Below, piece after piece: positions 10,013 to 19,749 of a DNA stretch of 64,000 bases. The DNA is from a bacterium (GTDB lineage Bacteria > UBA8248), in contig CBDCRP010000003.1 of assembly GCA_965221165.1 (NCBI GenBank), positions 2,016,001 through 2,080,000 of the forward strand, written 5' to 3'. Each line of letters begins with the position of its first letter. The stretch's first letter is position 1. Under the pieces are notes generated by a model. It saw only the letters and a program-made list of their open reading frames with translations. It had not been told where the DNA came from and did not search any database. A program made the translations under genes and the position numbers.

Positions 10013-10722
10013 CGTTCGAGTCTCTCGGCTACCGATAAATGCCCAAAACGCGGCATCATCTCCACTTTCAAGAATCTTGATTTCATCGCTTTTAGTCTTT
10101 CCAGCGGATTTTGGGCAATTTCGCCGGCCAGAGCGCCAGCTTCCGCCATCAAGTCTTCCCTGGATGTGACACGATTCAACAATCCTAAGTGATATCCCTC
10201 TTGCGCATCAAACCTTCTGCCAGTGAGCACCAAGTCTTTTGCGGATGGAACAAAAATCTGCCGCGTCAGGCGAACGGTAGCATCTGCCCCCGGAAATACC
10301 CCCAATGCAGTCTCCGGATACCCCAAAACAGCATCATCCACGGCAATACGAATGTCACATGAGAGCATCAATACCATTCCCCATCCAAAAGCTGGGCCGT
10401 TTACCGCTGCAATCGTCGGGATAGGCAACTCACGAAGGATTACGCTCCACCTCTCGCCCAACATCATGAAACGCTTTGCTTGTTCTTTGGTATGAGTGGC
10501 GCTTTCCTTCAGATCGCGTCCTGCCGAAAAAGAACTTCCTGCGCCCGTCACAATAAGGACTTTAATGTCCCGTCTGCCCTTAATTCCAGCCATCTCCCTG
10601 CACATGGCCTCCATTAGCGGCGTGTTGAACGCATTACGCGTTTCCGGGCGATTCACTGTGATGCTCGCGACATTCGAGTCAGTATGTGTGATGAGGAGGT
10701 CTTTGTTCATTTTCCGCCTCAA
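10009..10722 (-). CDS. enoyl-CoA hydratase/isomerase family protein
   Basis: NRPETRNA, FSAGRDL, AVNGPAFGWG, PETALG. Confidence 0.9.
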   Translation of the reverse strand: MRRKMNKDLLITHTDSNVASITVNRPETRNAFNTPLMEAMCREMAGIKGRRDIKVLIVTGAGSSFSAGRDLKESATHTKEQAKRFMMLGERWSVILRELPIPTIAAVNGPAFGWGMVLMLSCDIRIAVDDAVLGYPETALGVFPGADATVRLTRQIFVPSAKDLVLTGRRFDAQEGYHLGLLNRVTSREDLMAEAGALAGEIAQNPLERLKAMKSRFLKVEMMPRFGHLSVAERLER

Positions 10723-10727
10723 TAAGC

Positions 10728-10755
10728 AAAAAGCCCATCCTCAGGGGGGCAGGCT
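10728..10755 (-). terminator. putative intrinsic terminator between the two enoyl-CoA hydratase genes
   Basis: Minus strand AGCCUGCCC...GGAUGGGCU imperfect stem followed by a U run. Confidence 0.45.
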
Positions 10756-10785
10756 CGGTATTTCAGGCAAAATTTTTGACGACTT

Positions 10786-11568
10786 TTATTCTCCTGTAAA
10801 ATTGGGCTTCCTCTTCTCTTTGAAAGCCGCCAGCGCTTCAGCGAAATCCTTGGTGTGATTCAACGGCAACCTGAGGGCGTTGGAAAACTCGACAGCCTGA
10901 GAGAGCGGCATATCGAGTGTTTGGTCGATTACTTTCTTCGCGCCACGGACCCCCAAGGGGCCATTATCCCTTATTTTTTCCGCCACGGACATCGCTTCAT
11001 TCATGAGCCCATTCAGGGGATGCGCTTTGTTCACCAAGCCGATGCGCTCGGCTTCTTTTCCATCGATTCTCTTGCTCGTGAAAACCAGCTCTTTCGCCTG
11101 ACCGGCCGGCATGATTCTTTGTAGCCTGACCACTCCACCGGCTCCCGGGAAAATACCCAGGCTGCATTCCGGCAAACAAAGAGTGGCTTCTTCCGCAGCC
11201 AACCTGATGTCGCACCCCAAGGTAATCTCCACGCCCCAGCCGAACGCGTGGCCATTGATGACGGCTATAGTAGGCATGGGCAAGAGTTCCCATAGTGTAG
11301 TCGTCGCCATCACATGGCGCTGGTATTGGTCAGCCATCTCCTTGGTATGCGTAGCGCTTTCTTTGAGGTCACGTCCCGTACTGAAAGCGCGCCCCTCTCC
11401 AGTGAGGATAACCACGCGCACATTCCGCGCGGCGGCTAAGGTTCGCGCCAACTCCACGAATTCTTCCGCCATCTTGAAGCTGACCGCATTCAAACTCTCC
11501 GGGCGGTTGAGCTTCACTACGGCCAATCCATCCTCTTCCGTATAGAATATCGTTTCGAATTCGCGCAC
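10786..11568 (-). CDS. enoyl-CoA hydratase/isomerase family protein
   Basis: LNRPESLNA, FSTGRDL, FGWGVE, PECSLG, AFKEKRKPNFTGE. Confidence 0.9.
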   Translation of the reverse strand: MREFETIFYTEEDGLAVVKLNRPESLNAVSFKMAEEFVELARTLAAARNVRVVILTGEGRAFSTGRDLKESATHTKEMADQYQRHVMATTTLWELLPMPTIAVINGHAFGWGVEITLGCDIRLAAEEATLCLPECSLGIFPGAGGVVRLQRIMPAGQAKELVFTSKRIDGKEAERIGLVNKAHPLNGLMNEAMSVAEKIRDNGPLGVRGAKKVIDQTLDMPLSQAVEFSNALRLPLNHTKDFAEALAAFKEKRKPNFTGE

Positions 11569-11607
11569 CTACCCCTCCTGAAAAATACCTTTTCGTTTCG
11601 GCTCGGA

Positions 11608-12150
11608 TCAGCTTTTCAGATGGCTGGCAACTTCTTCGACAAACTTCAGCGTCGTTTCTCGCATTTCCTCGGGCTGTAAATTGCTGACCGGATGGGGCAA
11701 TTGGATATACGGGTGCCCCTCCATGCCCTTGCCTCGAAATTGAAAGTCCGCCGCGTTCTTGAACGCCTCGGTGATGATGGTGGTCGAAGGAACGCCTCGT
11801 TTTTCAAATTCAACCGTGTCGTGCACACTGCACAACGTGCAAGAGCCTCAGCCCCCTAATGCGGCTATCGCCACATCCACCTCCTGGGCCATTTCTTCAA
11901 TCATTTCATCCGTGGCGGGTTTCGAGTAATGCTCCTTGCGCAGCGAGACGACTCTGGCCACGTCAAATTGCTCACGAAGAGCATTTCCCAGAGTGTCCAA
12001 AATAATATCCGCTTGCTCTTTCGTGTTGTCGAGGAGTCCTACCACCTTGCCAGAAAGATCGCCGGGTCGTTGCGCCAGCTCAATTTTCGCGGCTGAGCCA
12101 CCCGCCGTCGGGTCGATAAATCCCATTCCGTTCGCCATGGCTTTCTCCAT
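11608..12150 (-). CDS. UGSC-family selenoprotein (TGA 11848-11850), 180 aa
   Basis: Two ORF-track fragments are in frame across TGA: GLLDNTK...AIAALGG-U-GSCTLCSVHDTVEFEKRGVP; UGSC motif. Confidence 0.88.
11818..11836 (-). promoter_or_regulatory. putative bacterial SECIS hairpin of the UGSC gene
   Basis: GUUGUGCA-GUG-UGCACGAC, 8-bp stem 11 nt after UGA, loop starts with GU. Confidence 0.65.
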
Positions 12151-12345
12151 ATGATATGTGAATTCAACCGTATCTAAATCATATCTCGCTAATCTTTCCT
12201 TGTCTACGATATCCGACCATTCGATTTCTCTTGTCGATTCTCTCTTGAAAATACGAATGATATTTTATCCGCTTCTCAGATTCGCCGAATTTTGGCAAAA
12301 TCAAGTCCAATTCACGAAAATCCTCTTTTCTTAAGGAGTAAACAA

Positions 12346-14607
12346 ATGGCCGATTACGATATCATCGGCAAGTCAAATGTTCGATACGACGCTATTCCGA
12401 AAGCGGATGGCTCTATGCCCTATGGAGAAGACGCGATACCCGCAGGCGCATTGCAGTGCGGCGTATTGTTTACGCCCATCCCCGTAGGCCGCTTGAAAAA
12501 ACTTGACACTTCAAAAGCCGAAAAAATTCCGGGCGTAGCCGCTATTTTGACCGCAAAGGATATTCCGGGCATAAACGCGCGATTCGGCTCCGGCACGACG
12601 GGCCTGCCCCATCAGCCAGTGTTGGTGGAAGATAAAATTGAATTTACCGGAGACGCTCTCGCCATCGTAGGCGCTGAAACCAGAGAAGCGCTTGATGCTG
12701 CGATAGCAGCCATCGAAGTGGAAATCGAAGCGGAAGAGGGCGTGTGGACAACGCGTCACGATGAAACGAGCGCCGAGAAACGACAGGCGTGTGATTTCGA
12801 GGTAACCCGAGGAGATACAAAAACCGCGTTTGACGAAGCCGATGTGGTGATTGAGAAAACATACACCACGCAACTCGCCGAACACGCATTTCTGGAACCC
12901 GCCTCCGGCACTTCCTGGATGGAAGAAGACGGCGTCATCACAATCCGTGTCGGCACTCAGCTTATTGAATACTATCGCGCCATAGCGGCGATCTTGGGAA
13001 TCTCGCAGAGCCGTGTCCGACACCTCGGAACTTACGTCGGCGGCGGTTTCGGCGCCAAAGGCATGCTGACCGTAGAACCTTACCTGGCACTGCTCACTTG
13101 GCATACGCAAAGGCCCGCCGTAATGGTGCTGGGTCGCGAGCACGGCATCAGAAACACCTCGAAAAAACATCCTTTCTATATGAAATACAAAACAGGAGCG
13201 ACCAAGGACGGGAAAATTTTGGCCGTACAAGCGGATATCGTGGGCGACGCAGGCGCCTATCCGTATAAATCCAATTTGTTCCTCCTGGGCGCGATGTGCA
13301 TCGCCGCAGGCCCTTACGATGTGCCCAACGCAAAAATTCGTGCGCACGGCTATCTCACCAACAATCCTATCACCAACGCGATGCGTGGCGTTGGCTCGAA
13401 CCAGGTCTGCTTCGCATATGAGACCCAAATGAATCTGGTTGCAGACTCCATCGGGATGGACAAATACGAATTCAGGAGGAAAAATTTCATCCAGAAAGGC
13501 CAGGAACTGCCCACCGGGCAAAAAATTCCTTATGAACCGAACCTGGAAGGATGCCTCGACAGCGCGCTTCAGGCCTTGGGCGAACCCACAGAACCAGGCC
13601 CGGGAAAACGTATTGGCCGGGCGGCAGCAGCGAACATCACCGGCTACGGAAGGCCAAATGACGATGCGAATGCGGCGGTTCACCTTGAGCCGGATGGCAG
13701 CGCCGTGGTTCGCGTGAGCGCACCAGATATTGGAGCAGGGCAGGGCGCTACGCTTCAAAGCATCACGGCTGAAACCCTGGGACTCAGGCTCGATCAGGTT
13801 TCCACCCGTCTATCCGATTCCGCTACTACGCCGCTCTCGGGCATCACTGCCGGGTCCCGCCAAACTCTCATGGCTGGGCACGCCGTTCAACTTGCCGCAG
13901 ACGAGGTTAGGAAAACCGTGACTAAAGGCGCCGCTTCATTGCTCGAGGCTGCTGAAGAGGACATTCGCGTGGGTGGCGGCGAGGCGTGGGTGTCCTCCGC
14001 TCCCGAGAGGAGAGTTGGCATCGGTGCTGCGGCTGGCGAAGCCAAAAAAATGGGTGAAGCACTACATTGCACCCATGGCTACAACATGCCGGGACATGAA
14101 TATGAGAATCCTAAGCGATACATGAACGGCATGGGCGGATGGTCGGACTACACCTTTGGCGTTCACGCAAGCGAAGTGGAAGTCGACATCGAAACCGGTG
14201 AAGTGAATCTCTTGAAGCATGTCGCCAGCCATGATGTCGGGCGAGCGCTGAACCCTCAAAGCGTGGAAGGGCAATTTGAAGGGGGCGCGGTAATGGGGAT
14301 TGGCTACGCTCTACACGAGGAAATCACCATGGTGGAAGGAGACTGCCGATCGCAAAGCTTTCACGAATATCTAATCCCCACTTCCTCGGATATCGGCGAG
14401 TTTGAGTCTGTCGTTCTTGAGTGTGGGGAAGGCGCGGGTCCGTATGGCGCACGCGGCGTTGGGGAGCCACCATGCAATAACGCGCCAGCCGCAGTCGCCC
14501 TCGCCATAAACGATGCGATAGGCACGGAAGTCTACGACCTGCCCATTACACCCGAGCGCGTCTGCTGGGCTGTAATGAAGAAAAACGGCAAAAGCAACGG
14601 CCATTAA
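12346..14607 (+). CDS. xanthine dehydrogenase family molybdopterin-binding subunit
   Basis: EHAFLEP, GGGFGAK, AMRGVG, DIGAGQG, AGSR, EGQFEGG, GVGEPP; ATG at 12346 follows AAGGAG. Confidence 0.92.
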   Translation: MADYDIIGKSNVRYDAIPKADGSMPYGEDAIPAGALQCGVLFTPIPVGRLKKLDTSKAEKIPGVAAILTAKDIPGINARFGSGTTGLPHQPVLVEDKIEFTGDALAIVGAETREALDAAIAAIEVEIEAEEGVWTTRHDETSAEKRQACDFEVTRGDTKTAFDEADVVIEKTYTTQLAEHAFLEPASGTSWMEEDGVITIRVGTQLIEYYRAIAAILGISQSRVRHLGTYVGGGFGAKGMLTVEPYLALLTWHTQRPAVMVLGREHGIRNTSKKHPFYMKYKTGATKDGKILAVQADIVGDAGAYPYKSNLFLLGAMCIAAGPYDVPNAKIRAHGYLTNNPITNAMRGVGSNQVCFAYETQMNLVADSIGMDKYEFRRKNFIQKGQELPTGQKIPYEPNLEGCLDSALQALGEPTEPGPGKRIGRAAAANITGYGRPNDDANAAVHLEPDGSAVVRVSAPDIGAGQGATLQSITAETLGLRLDQVSTRLSDSATTPLSGITAGSRQTLMAGHAVQLAADEVRKTVTKGAASLLEAAEEDIRVGGGEAWVSSAPERRVGIGAAAGEAKKMGEALHCTHGYNMPGHEYENPKRYMNGMGGWSDYTFGVHASEVEVDIETGEVNLLKHVASHDVGRALNPQSVEGQFEGGAVMGIGYALHEEITMVEGDCRSQSFHEYLIPTSSDIGEFESVVLECGEGAGPYGARGVGEPPCNNAPAAVALAINDAIGTEVYDLPITPERVCWAVMKKNGKSNGH

Positions 14608-14622
14608 CTGGTAATCAACTAC

Positions 14623-14655
14623 AAAAAAGCCCCGGCAAGCTGCCGGGGCTTTTTT
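14623..14655. terminator. bidirectional intrinsic terminator
   Basis: AAAAAAGCCCCGGCA-AGC-TGCCGGGGCTTTTTT between convergent genes. Confidence 0.85.
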
Positions 14656-14743
14656 CTTCAGAAAAACACTAAACCATTCCTAGCTTCACAAAGGCTTATA
14701 CGAACAAGTGGAACATGAGATTTTGTCACGCCATCAAGCTATT

Positions 14744-15763
14744 TCACACACTAAATTTTTTTATCACGGCCCGGCACGCCACGGTAATTCCGTGCATGAC
14801 CATGCTGGAGGGCGACCCCCTGCTTCCTGCGACGATCAAATGAAGATCCTCGGGATCACCTACCGCAGGCACAAAAAAATCATCATCATTCACATCCACG
14901 GGAAACGGCCAACGATCCGCGCCTTTCTCGCCTCGCCATATGCCGCCACGTTTTATGTCCCCGATTTTGCGGCCTCCCATTTCCATCAATTTTTGATGAA
15001 CATCGGAGCGGCTGAGCCCGGCGTCAGAGCAAAGGTGCGCATGTTGCGCGCCCAGGACAACCGCCATGTCCGCTTGTCGATACATATTGGGGCCGCCTAA
15101 AGCGGACATCATGTCAGCAACTGTCGTAAGAAGCCGATCCGGAGTCAGGCTCGCATCGTCCCATACCTGCACGGGCCCTTCGAGGGGAATCATGGTTACC
15201 GCATTATCATTTTTTAAAAACCCTTTCGATTCCGCATATGACTCCCAGGGCGATTCCTCCTCGTTCTCCAAGATGCAAAAAGTGTTTCGCCAGGGACCTC
15301 CAAAACCGCCTAGACAGGTAACCCCGGGAATTCCGCCACCCACGTTCATCATGATGAGCCTCACGGCGCGGCCGATGGTCAGATTTGCGCGAAAGCCGGG
15401 ACCCATACAGCCTACCCCTCCGTGCAATCCGATTTCCTTGGCGTAGGGACCATTGACCAGCAAAAAAGGAGCGCCCGCGCTCGTCGTGGCCTGAATCAGG
15501 TTTACGTTAAACTGCTCATCGAGAAGCGCTTCCAGTCCTGCTATCAGTACCGGCATGTATTCAGGCTTACAGCCCGCCATCACGGCATGGGCCGCAACGC
15601 TTTGGATGCTGAGTTCGCCCCCTGCCGGAGCTACGTCGCCTATAACTTCACCCGGCTCTCTTTTGGTTCCTGAGAGCATCATATCGATTCTCTCTTCCGT
15701 CGGCGTCACTACAGGCAAGCCGTCCGACCATTCTTTTTCAAAGAAAAACTCGAATTCGTCCAT
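14744..15763 (-). CDS. uncharacterized UGSC-associated 'WSDGLP' family protein, paralog 4
   Basis: WSDGLPVVTPTEER, AVMAGCKPEY, VNGP, PGFRANLTIGRA, ENEEESPW. Confidence 0.8.
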   Translation of the reverse strand: MDEFEFFFEKEWSDGLPVVTPTEERIDMMLSGTKREPGEVIGDVAPAGGELSIQSVAAHAVMAGCKPEYMPVLIAGLEALLDEQFNVNLIQATTSAGAPFLLVNGPYAKEIGLHGGVGCMGPGFRANLTIGRAVRLIMMNVGGGIPGVTCLGGFGGPWRNTFCILENEEESPWESYAESKGFLKNDNAVTMIPLEGPVQVWDDASLTPDRLLTTVADMMSALGGPNMYRQADMAVVLGAQHAHLCSDAGLSRSDVHQKLMEMGGRKIGDIKRGGIWRGEKGADRWPFPVDVNDDDFFVPAVGDPEDLHLIVAGSRGSPSSMVMHGITVACRAVIKKFSV

Positions 15764-15797
15764 ACGCTCATCCTCAAAAGTAACCCGACTCAAATGC

Positions 15798-16814
15798 TTA
15801 TAGTTGATAATCAGTCGAGACCGCCTCACTGCCATCCACCCAACCTGGCATGACGGCCGTCACCGGTCCGGGCGTACCCCCTGCGACGACAACAATCAGA
15901 TCGTCTTTATCCTTAATCGCCGGAACCATAAACGAATCATCTTGCGGATCGATATCAAATGGCCACTTCTTTATCATCTCCTCGCGCCAATAGCCCGATT
16001 TTCTCAGCTCTCCAAGGGGTCTGCGCGCAAGTTCCATTAGTCGTCGATGGACATCTTCTTTACCAAGCCCCGCTTGCGCGCACATGCGTGCATGATCCGG
16101 ACCAAAAGCGACAACCACCTGAGTCTTTAGCCAGATGTTCAGCGAACCAAGGGTGGATATTTTATCCGCTAAACCCACGAAAAATGATTCCGGCTCTTTT
16201 GAATAATCATCGATATACCCTTGAGGCGCTTCTGTCATCACGGCGGTTACAACATCGTCATTTTGATGAAATCCTCTCGTGACGGAAAATGGCTCCCAAG
16301 GGCTTTCTGCTTCATTCTCGGCGATACAAAACGTATATCTGGCAGGTGAACCGAAGGTGCTCATAGAGGCGAAAACCGGTACACCGCCGCCCAGGTTCAT
16401 GAGAATGAGCCTGATGGCGCGACCAATCGTCGCGTTCGCCCGAAAACCCGGCCCAAAGCATCCTGTACCGCCATGAAGACCGATTTTATTCGCATAAGGT
16501 CCGTTCACAATAATCAAAGGGGCTGCGCTATGCATGGTGCCCTGCACGCCGTTCAAGTTTAGTTCTGGGGTTAAGAGCGCCCGGAGGCCAGCTATAACGA
16601 CGGGTAAATACGAGGATTCACAGCCCGCCATTACGGCGTGCGCGGCAACCGCTTCGACGCTGGCCTCCCCCATGAGGGGCGGCACCAAGCCAATGACTTC
16701 CGAAGCCTCAATTCTTGCGCCCGAGAACATAGCGGCCATTCGTTTTTCGGTAGGGGGGATTACCGGAAGACCATCCGACCAGGATTTTTGAAAGAAAAAC
16801 TCGAATTCATCCAT
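15798..16814 (-). CDS. uncharacterized UGSC-associated 'WSDGLP' family protein, paralog 3
   Basis: Same motif series (WSDGLP, AVMAGC, GPGFRANATIGRA, AENEAESPW). Confidence 0.8.
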   Translation of the reverse strand: MDEFEFFFQKSWSDGLPVIPPTEKRMAAMFSGARIEASEVIGLVPPLMGEASVEAVAAHAVMAGCESSYLPVVIAGLRALLTPELNLNGVQGTMHSAAPLIIVNGPYANKIGLHGGTGCFGPGFRANATIGRAIRLILMNLGGGVPVFASMSTFGSPARYTFCIAENEAESPWEPFSVTRGFHQNDDVVTAVMTEAPQGYIDDYSKEPESFFVGLADKISTLGSLNIWLKTQVVVAFGPDHARMCAQAGLGKEDVHRRLMELARRPLGELRKSGYWREEMIKKWPFDIDPQDDSFMVPAIKDKDDLIVVVAGGTPGPVTAVMPGWVDGSEAVSTDYQL

Positions 16815-16855
16815 TGGGATACGACACCGCTTTCTCTGTCATGGAGACTCCGGCG

Positions 16856-17890
16856 CTATACTTCATAGGCCCCATGAACGGCGCGGCTGCCGCCACTCCA
16901 GCCATGACAAACCGCGCTGCCGGAACCCCAGCCGCCCGCGACGATCAAATGGAGGTCGCGGGGGTCTTTGATGACGGGGACAAAAAACTCATCATCATCG
17001 GGATCCACATGAATATACATATCCAGCGCGCGCCTGCGTCGCCAGTTGCCGCCGCGCTTCAGATCTTTCACCTTATGTCCGGCCAACTCGCACAGGCGCT
17101 GGTGCACGTCCGCACGGGTAAGGCCGCCACCAGAGCAAATTTTCGCATGCTGGGGATTCATGGCGACGACCATGTCGGTCCTGGGCGCGTGCATGTTCCA
17201 GGAACCCAGGCCCGTCATCGCATCTGCGATTCCTCGGAGCAGGCGCTCGGGCTCCTCACTGACATCATCGAAAGTCAGGCGCGGGCTTTCCACCATGGCC
17301 ATGGTGATCACATTTTCATCCGCCCCGTATCCCCTGGATACAGCGAGCGTCTCCCAGGGGTGAAACTCCAGGTTCTCCGTGATGCACGCGGTATAGCGCA
17401 GCGGCGTGCCGAAAATCGTCATCGAAGAAACACCCGGGATGCCGCCACCCAGATTCATTAAAACCAGGCGAATGGCTCGGCCAATGGAAGCGTTGGCCCT
17501 AAAACCGGGACCAAAACAGCCATTTCCTCCGTGAATGCCGATATTCTCGGAATAAGGGCCATTCACGATCATGAGAGGCGCCACACCATGCATCGTGCCC
17601 TGCACGCCGTTCATGTTGAACTCATCGCGAAGCATGAGGGAGGTAGCGCCGAGAACGACCGGCAAGTACTCGGGTTTGCAGCCGGCCATCACCGCATGAA
17701 CTGCCACGCTATGGACCGTGGCCTCGCCCATGGCGGGAGGAACGTGGCCGATGAACTCATCCGGATTTCTCTTCGTGCCGGAAAGCATGCGCTCTATGCG
17801 CTCTTGCGACGGAGTGACGACGGGCAAACCGTCCGACCATGGTTTTTCCAGGAAAAACTCGAATTCATCTAGAGGATCGTTCAAAACCAC
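16856..17890 (-). CDS. uncharacterized UGSC-associated 'WSDGLP' family protein, paralog 2
   Basis: Same motif series. Confidence 0.8.
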   Translation of the reverse strand: MVLNDPLDEFEFFLEKPWSDGLPVVTPSQERIERMLSGTKRNPDEFIGHVPPAMGEATVHSVAVHAVMAGCKPEYLPVVLGATSLMLRDEFNMNGVQGTMHGVAPLMIVNGPYSENIGIHGGNGCFGPGFRANASIGRAIRLVLMNLGGGIPGVSSMTIFGTPLRYTACITENLEFHPWETLAVSRGYGADENVITMAMVESPRLTFDDVSEEPERLLRGIADAMTGLGSWNMHAPRTDMVVAMNPQHAKICSGGGLTRADVHQRLCELAGHKVKDLKRGGNWRRRRALDMYIHVDPDDDEFFVPVIKDPRDLHLIVAGGWGSGSAVCHGWSGGSRAVHGAYEV

Positions 17891-17916
17891 TCACCCCCTG
17901 AAATATACGAGTATCA

Positions 17917-18948
17917 TCAGGATTCAAATGAACGGGATACACAGCGGCTGCTTCCATTCCAGCCGTGCATCACGGCCGTCATCGGCCCCGGAATTCCTCC
18001 CGCCACGATCAAGACCAGTCGTTGGGCTTCCTTGATCGTCGGAACGAACGCATCGTCATCATCCAGGTCGACGGAAATTGGAAAATCATTAATCCGATTT
18101 TCCCTGTAATGGCCTCCCGTCTTGAGTTCACCCACCGTGCGGCCCGCGATTTCACAAAGTCGTCCATGGACATCCGCCTTGGAATACCCCCGCTTTGCGC
18201 AAACCGCCGCCTGTTGCGGGCTCATCGCCACCACCAAATCGGTGCTGGCCCAACAATTCCAGGCGCCCAAATGCGACATGGTGTCCGCAATGGAGGGGAA
18301 CATGCGCTCAGGGTCGTTACTCACGTCATCCCAGACCATGACGGGGCCTTCCACGTGCACGGCGGTAACGACGTCCTCGTCCGCGCCAAAACCCTTCGTC
18401 ACGGCAAAAGAATCCCAGGGGCTTTCTTCTTCGTTCTCGGCGATGCAGAACGTGAACCTCCCCGGTTGGGAGAAGGTGCTCATCGAGGTGATGCCCGGTA
18501 TTCCGCCGCCGATGTTGAGAAGCAAAAGTCTGATGGCGCGGCCAATCGTCGCGTTTGCTCTGTTTCCGGGGCCAAAACAACCAAGTCCGCCATGTAAGCC
18601 GATTTCCCTGGCGTAAGGGCCGTTCACGATTAAAAGAGGGGCCGCGCAGGAGAGCGTCGCCTGCACACCGCCCACATTGAATTTTTCCTCTAAAATAGCC
18701 TCCACGGCCCCGATGAGAACGGGCATATACTCCGGTTTGCATCCGGCCATGACGGCATGAACGGCGATGGTCCGAACATCCGCCTGGGCCAGCAGCGGGG
18801 GTACGTCCCCGATGACTTCTTCCGGAGTGCGGCTCGTGCCCGCCAGCATGAGCCCTAGGCGCTCTTCCGTCGGGGGGATGACCGGCAGGCCGTCCGACCA
18901 GGGTTTCTCAAAGAAATAATCGAACTCATCCACAGGAAGAGCGCTCAT
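17917..18948 (-). CDS. uncharacterized UGSC-associated 'WSDGLP' family protein, paralog 1
   Basis: Same motif series; ATG at 18948 follows a GGAGG RBS. Confidence 0.8.
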   Translation of the reverse strand: MSALPVDEFDYFFEKPWSDGLPVIPPTEERLGLMLAGTSRTPEEVIGDVPPLLAQADVRTIAVHAVMAGCKPEYMPVLIGAVEAILEEKFNVGGVQATLSCAAPLLIVNGPYAREIGLHGGLGCFGPGNRANATIGRAIRLLLLNIGGGIPGITSMSTFSQPGRFTFCIAENEEESPWDSFAVTKGFGADEDVVTAVHVEGPVMVWDDVSNDPERMFPSIADTMSHLGAWNCWASTDLVVAMSPQQAAVCAKRGYSKADVHGRLCEIAGRTVGELKTGGHYRENRINDFPISVDLDDDDAFVPTIKEAQRLVLIVAGGIPGPMTAVMHGWNGSSRCVSRSFES

Positions 18949-19119
18949 GAAATGCCTCCGGAGAAACGCTAAGATGCGCAGGATACGCTTGCCATCGAAA
19001 ATGTTGAACAAATATACATGGGCGCTGGACAGATTGCGAATCCATGCCGTTAGAATGGGCCTTACATCCAGTTTTCCGATCACGATGGAATCACCACGTC
19101 ACCCACAGGAGCCCATTTC

Positions 19120-19506
19120 ATGCCGATATACAGAAATCTCGCCGGACAGGACCAGGGAAAAGCCGCCGACTACGTTACCGCAAACGCCGCCTGGGTCGAT
19201 GGCGCCCACACCACCATCGGTTTTTTCCGGATGGAGGCGAACGGCCATTCCAACCCGCACTATCACCATGACGAGCAATTCCTCTATCTCTTAAGGGGCA
19301 GTCTCCGCATCGCCGTGGAAGGAGAAGTCCTGGAGGCCGCACCCGGTGATCTGGTGCAGTTCCCGCCCGGAGAAGTGCATGAGATCATGGCGCTCGATGA
19401 GCCCGTGGAGCTCCTGCTCACGAGAAGCCCGGCGCGCCCGAGTCTCGACGTGCTCGCCGTGACGCCAGAAGGCGACAAGGCGAGGAGCGTGCTGCGCGCG
19501 GGCTAG
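19120..19506 (+). CDS. cupin domain protein
   Basis: PHYHHDEQFLYLLRG...PGDLVQFPPGEVH; AGGAG RBS. Confidence 0.85.
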   Translation: MPIYRNLAGQDQGKAADYVTANAAWVDGAHTTIGFFRMEANGHSNPHYHHDEQFLYLLRGSLRIAVEGEVLEAAPGDLVQFPPGEVHEIMALDEPVELLLTRSPARPSLDVLAVTPEGDKARSVLRAG

Positions 19507-19749
19507 CCCCCCATAGCGCTCCCAAAGGGGAATTTGCGCATAACCTTATATATTTCAACAAGTTAAATTTTCACTTATTTTCAGATATTTTCGCCTTTTT
19601 TTACTATTTTTTCCCTTTCTTCAGATATTCCGGGTGGCCCCGACCGATAAGGGAGGGGCTGCCGACTGAGGAAGGAGGGTCGATTCCGCCCGAGGAGGAA
19701 GGAATTGACGACCGATGAGGGGCAAGTGGCGACCACCCTTTAAGGTCAC

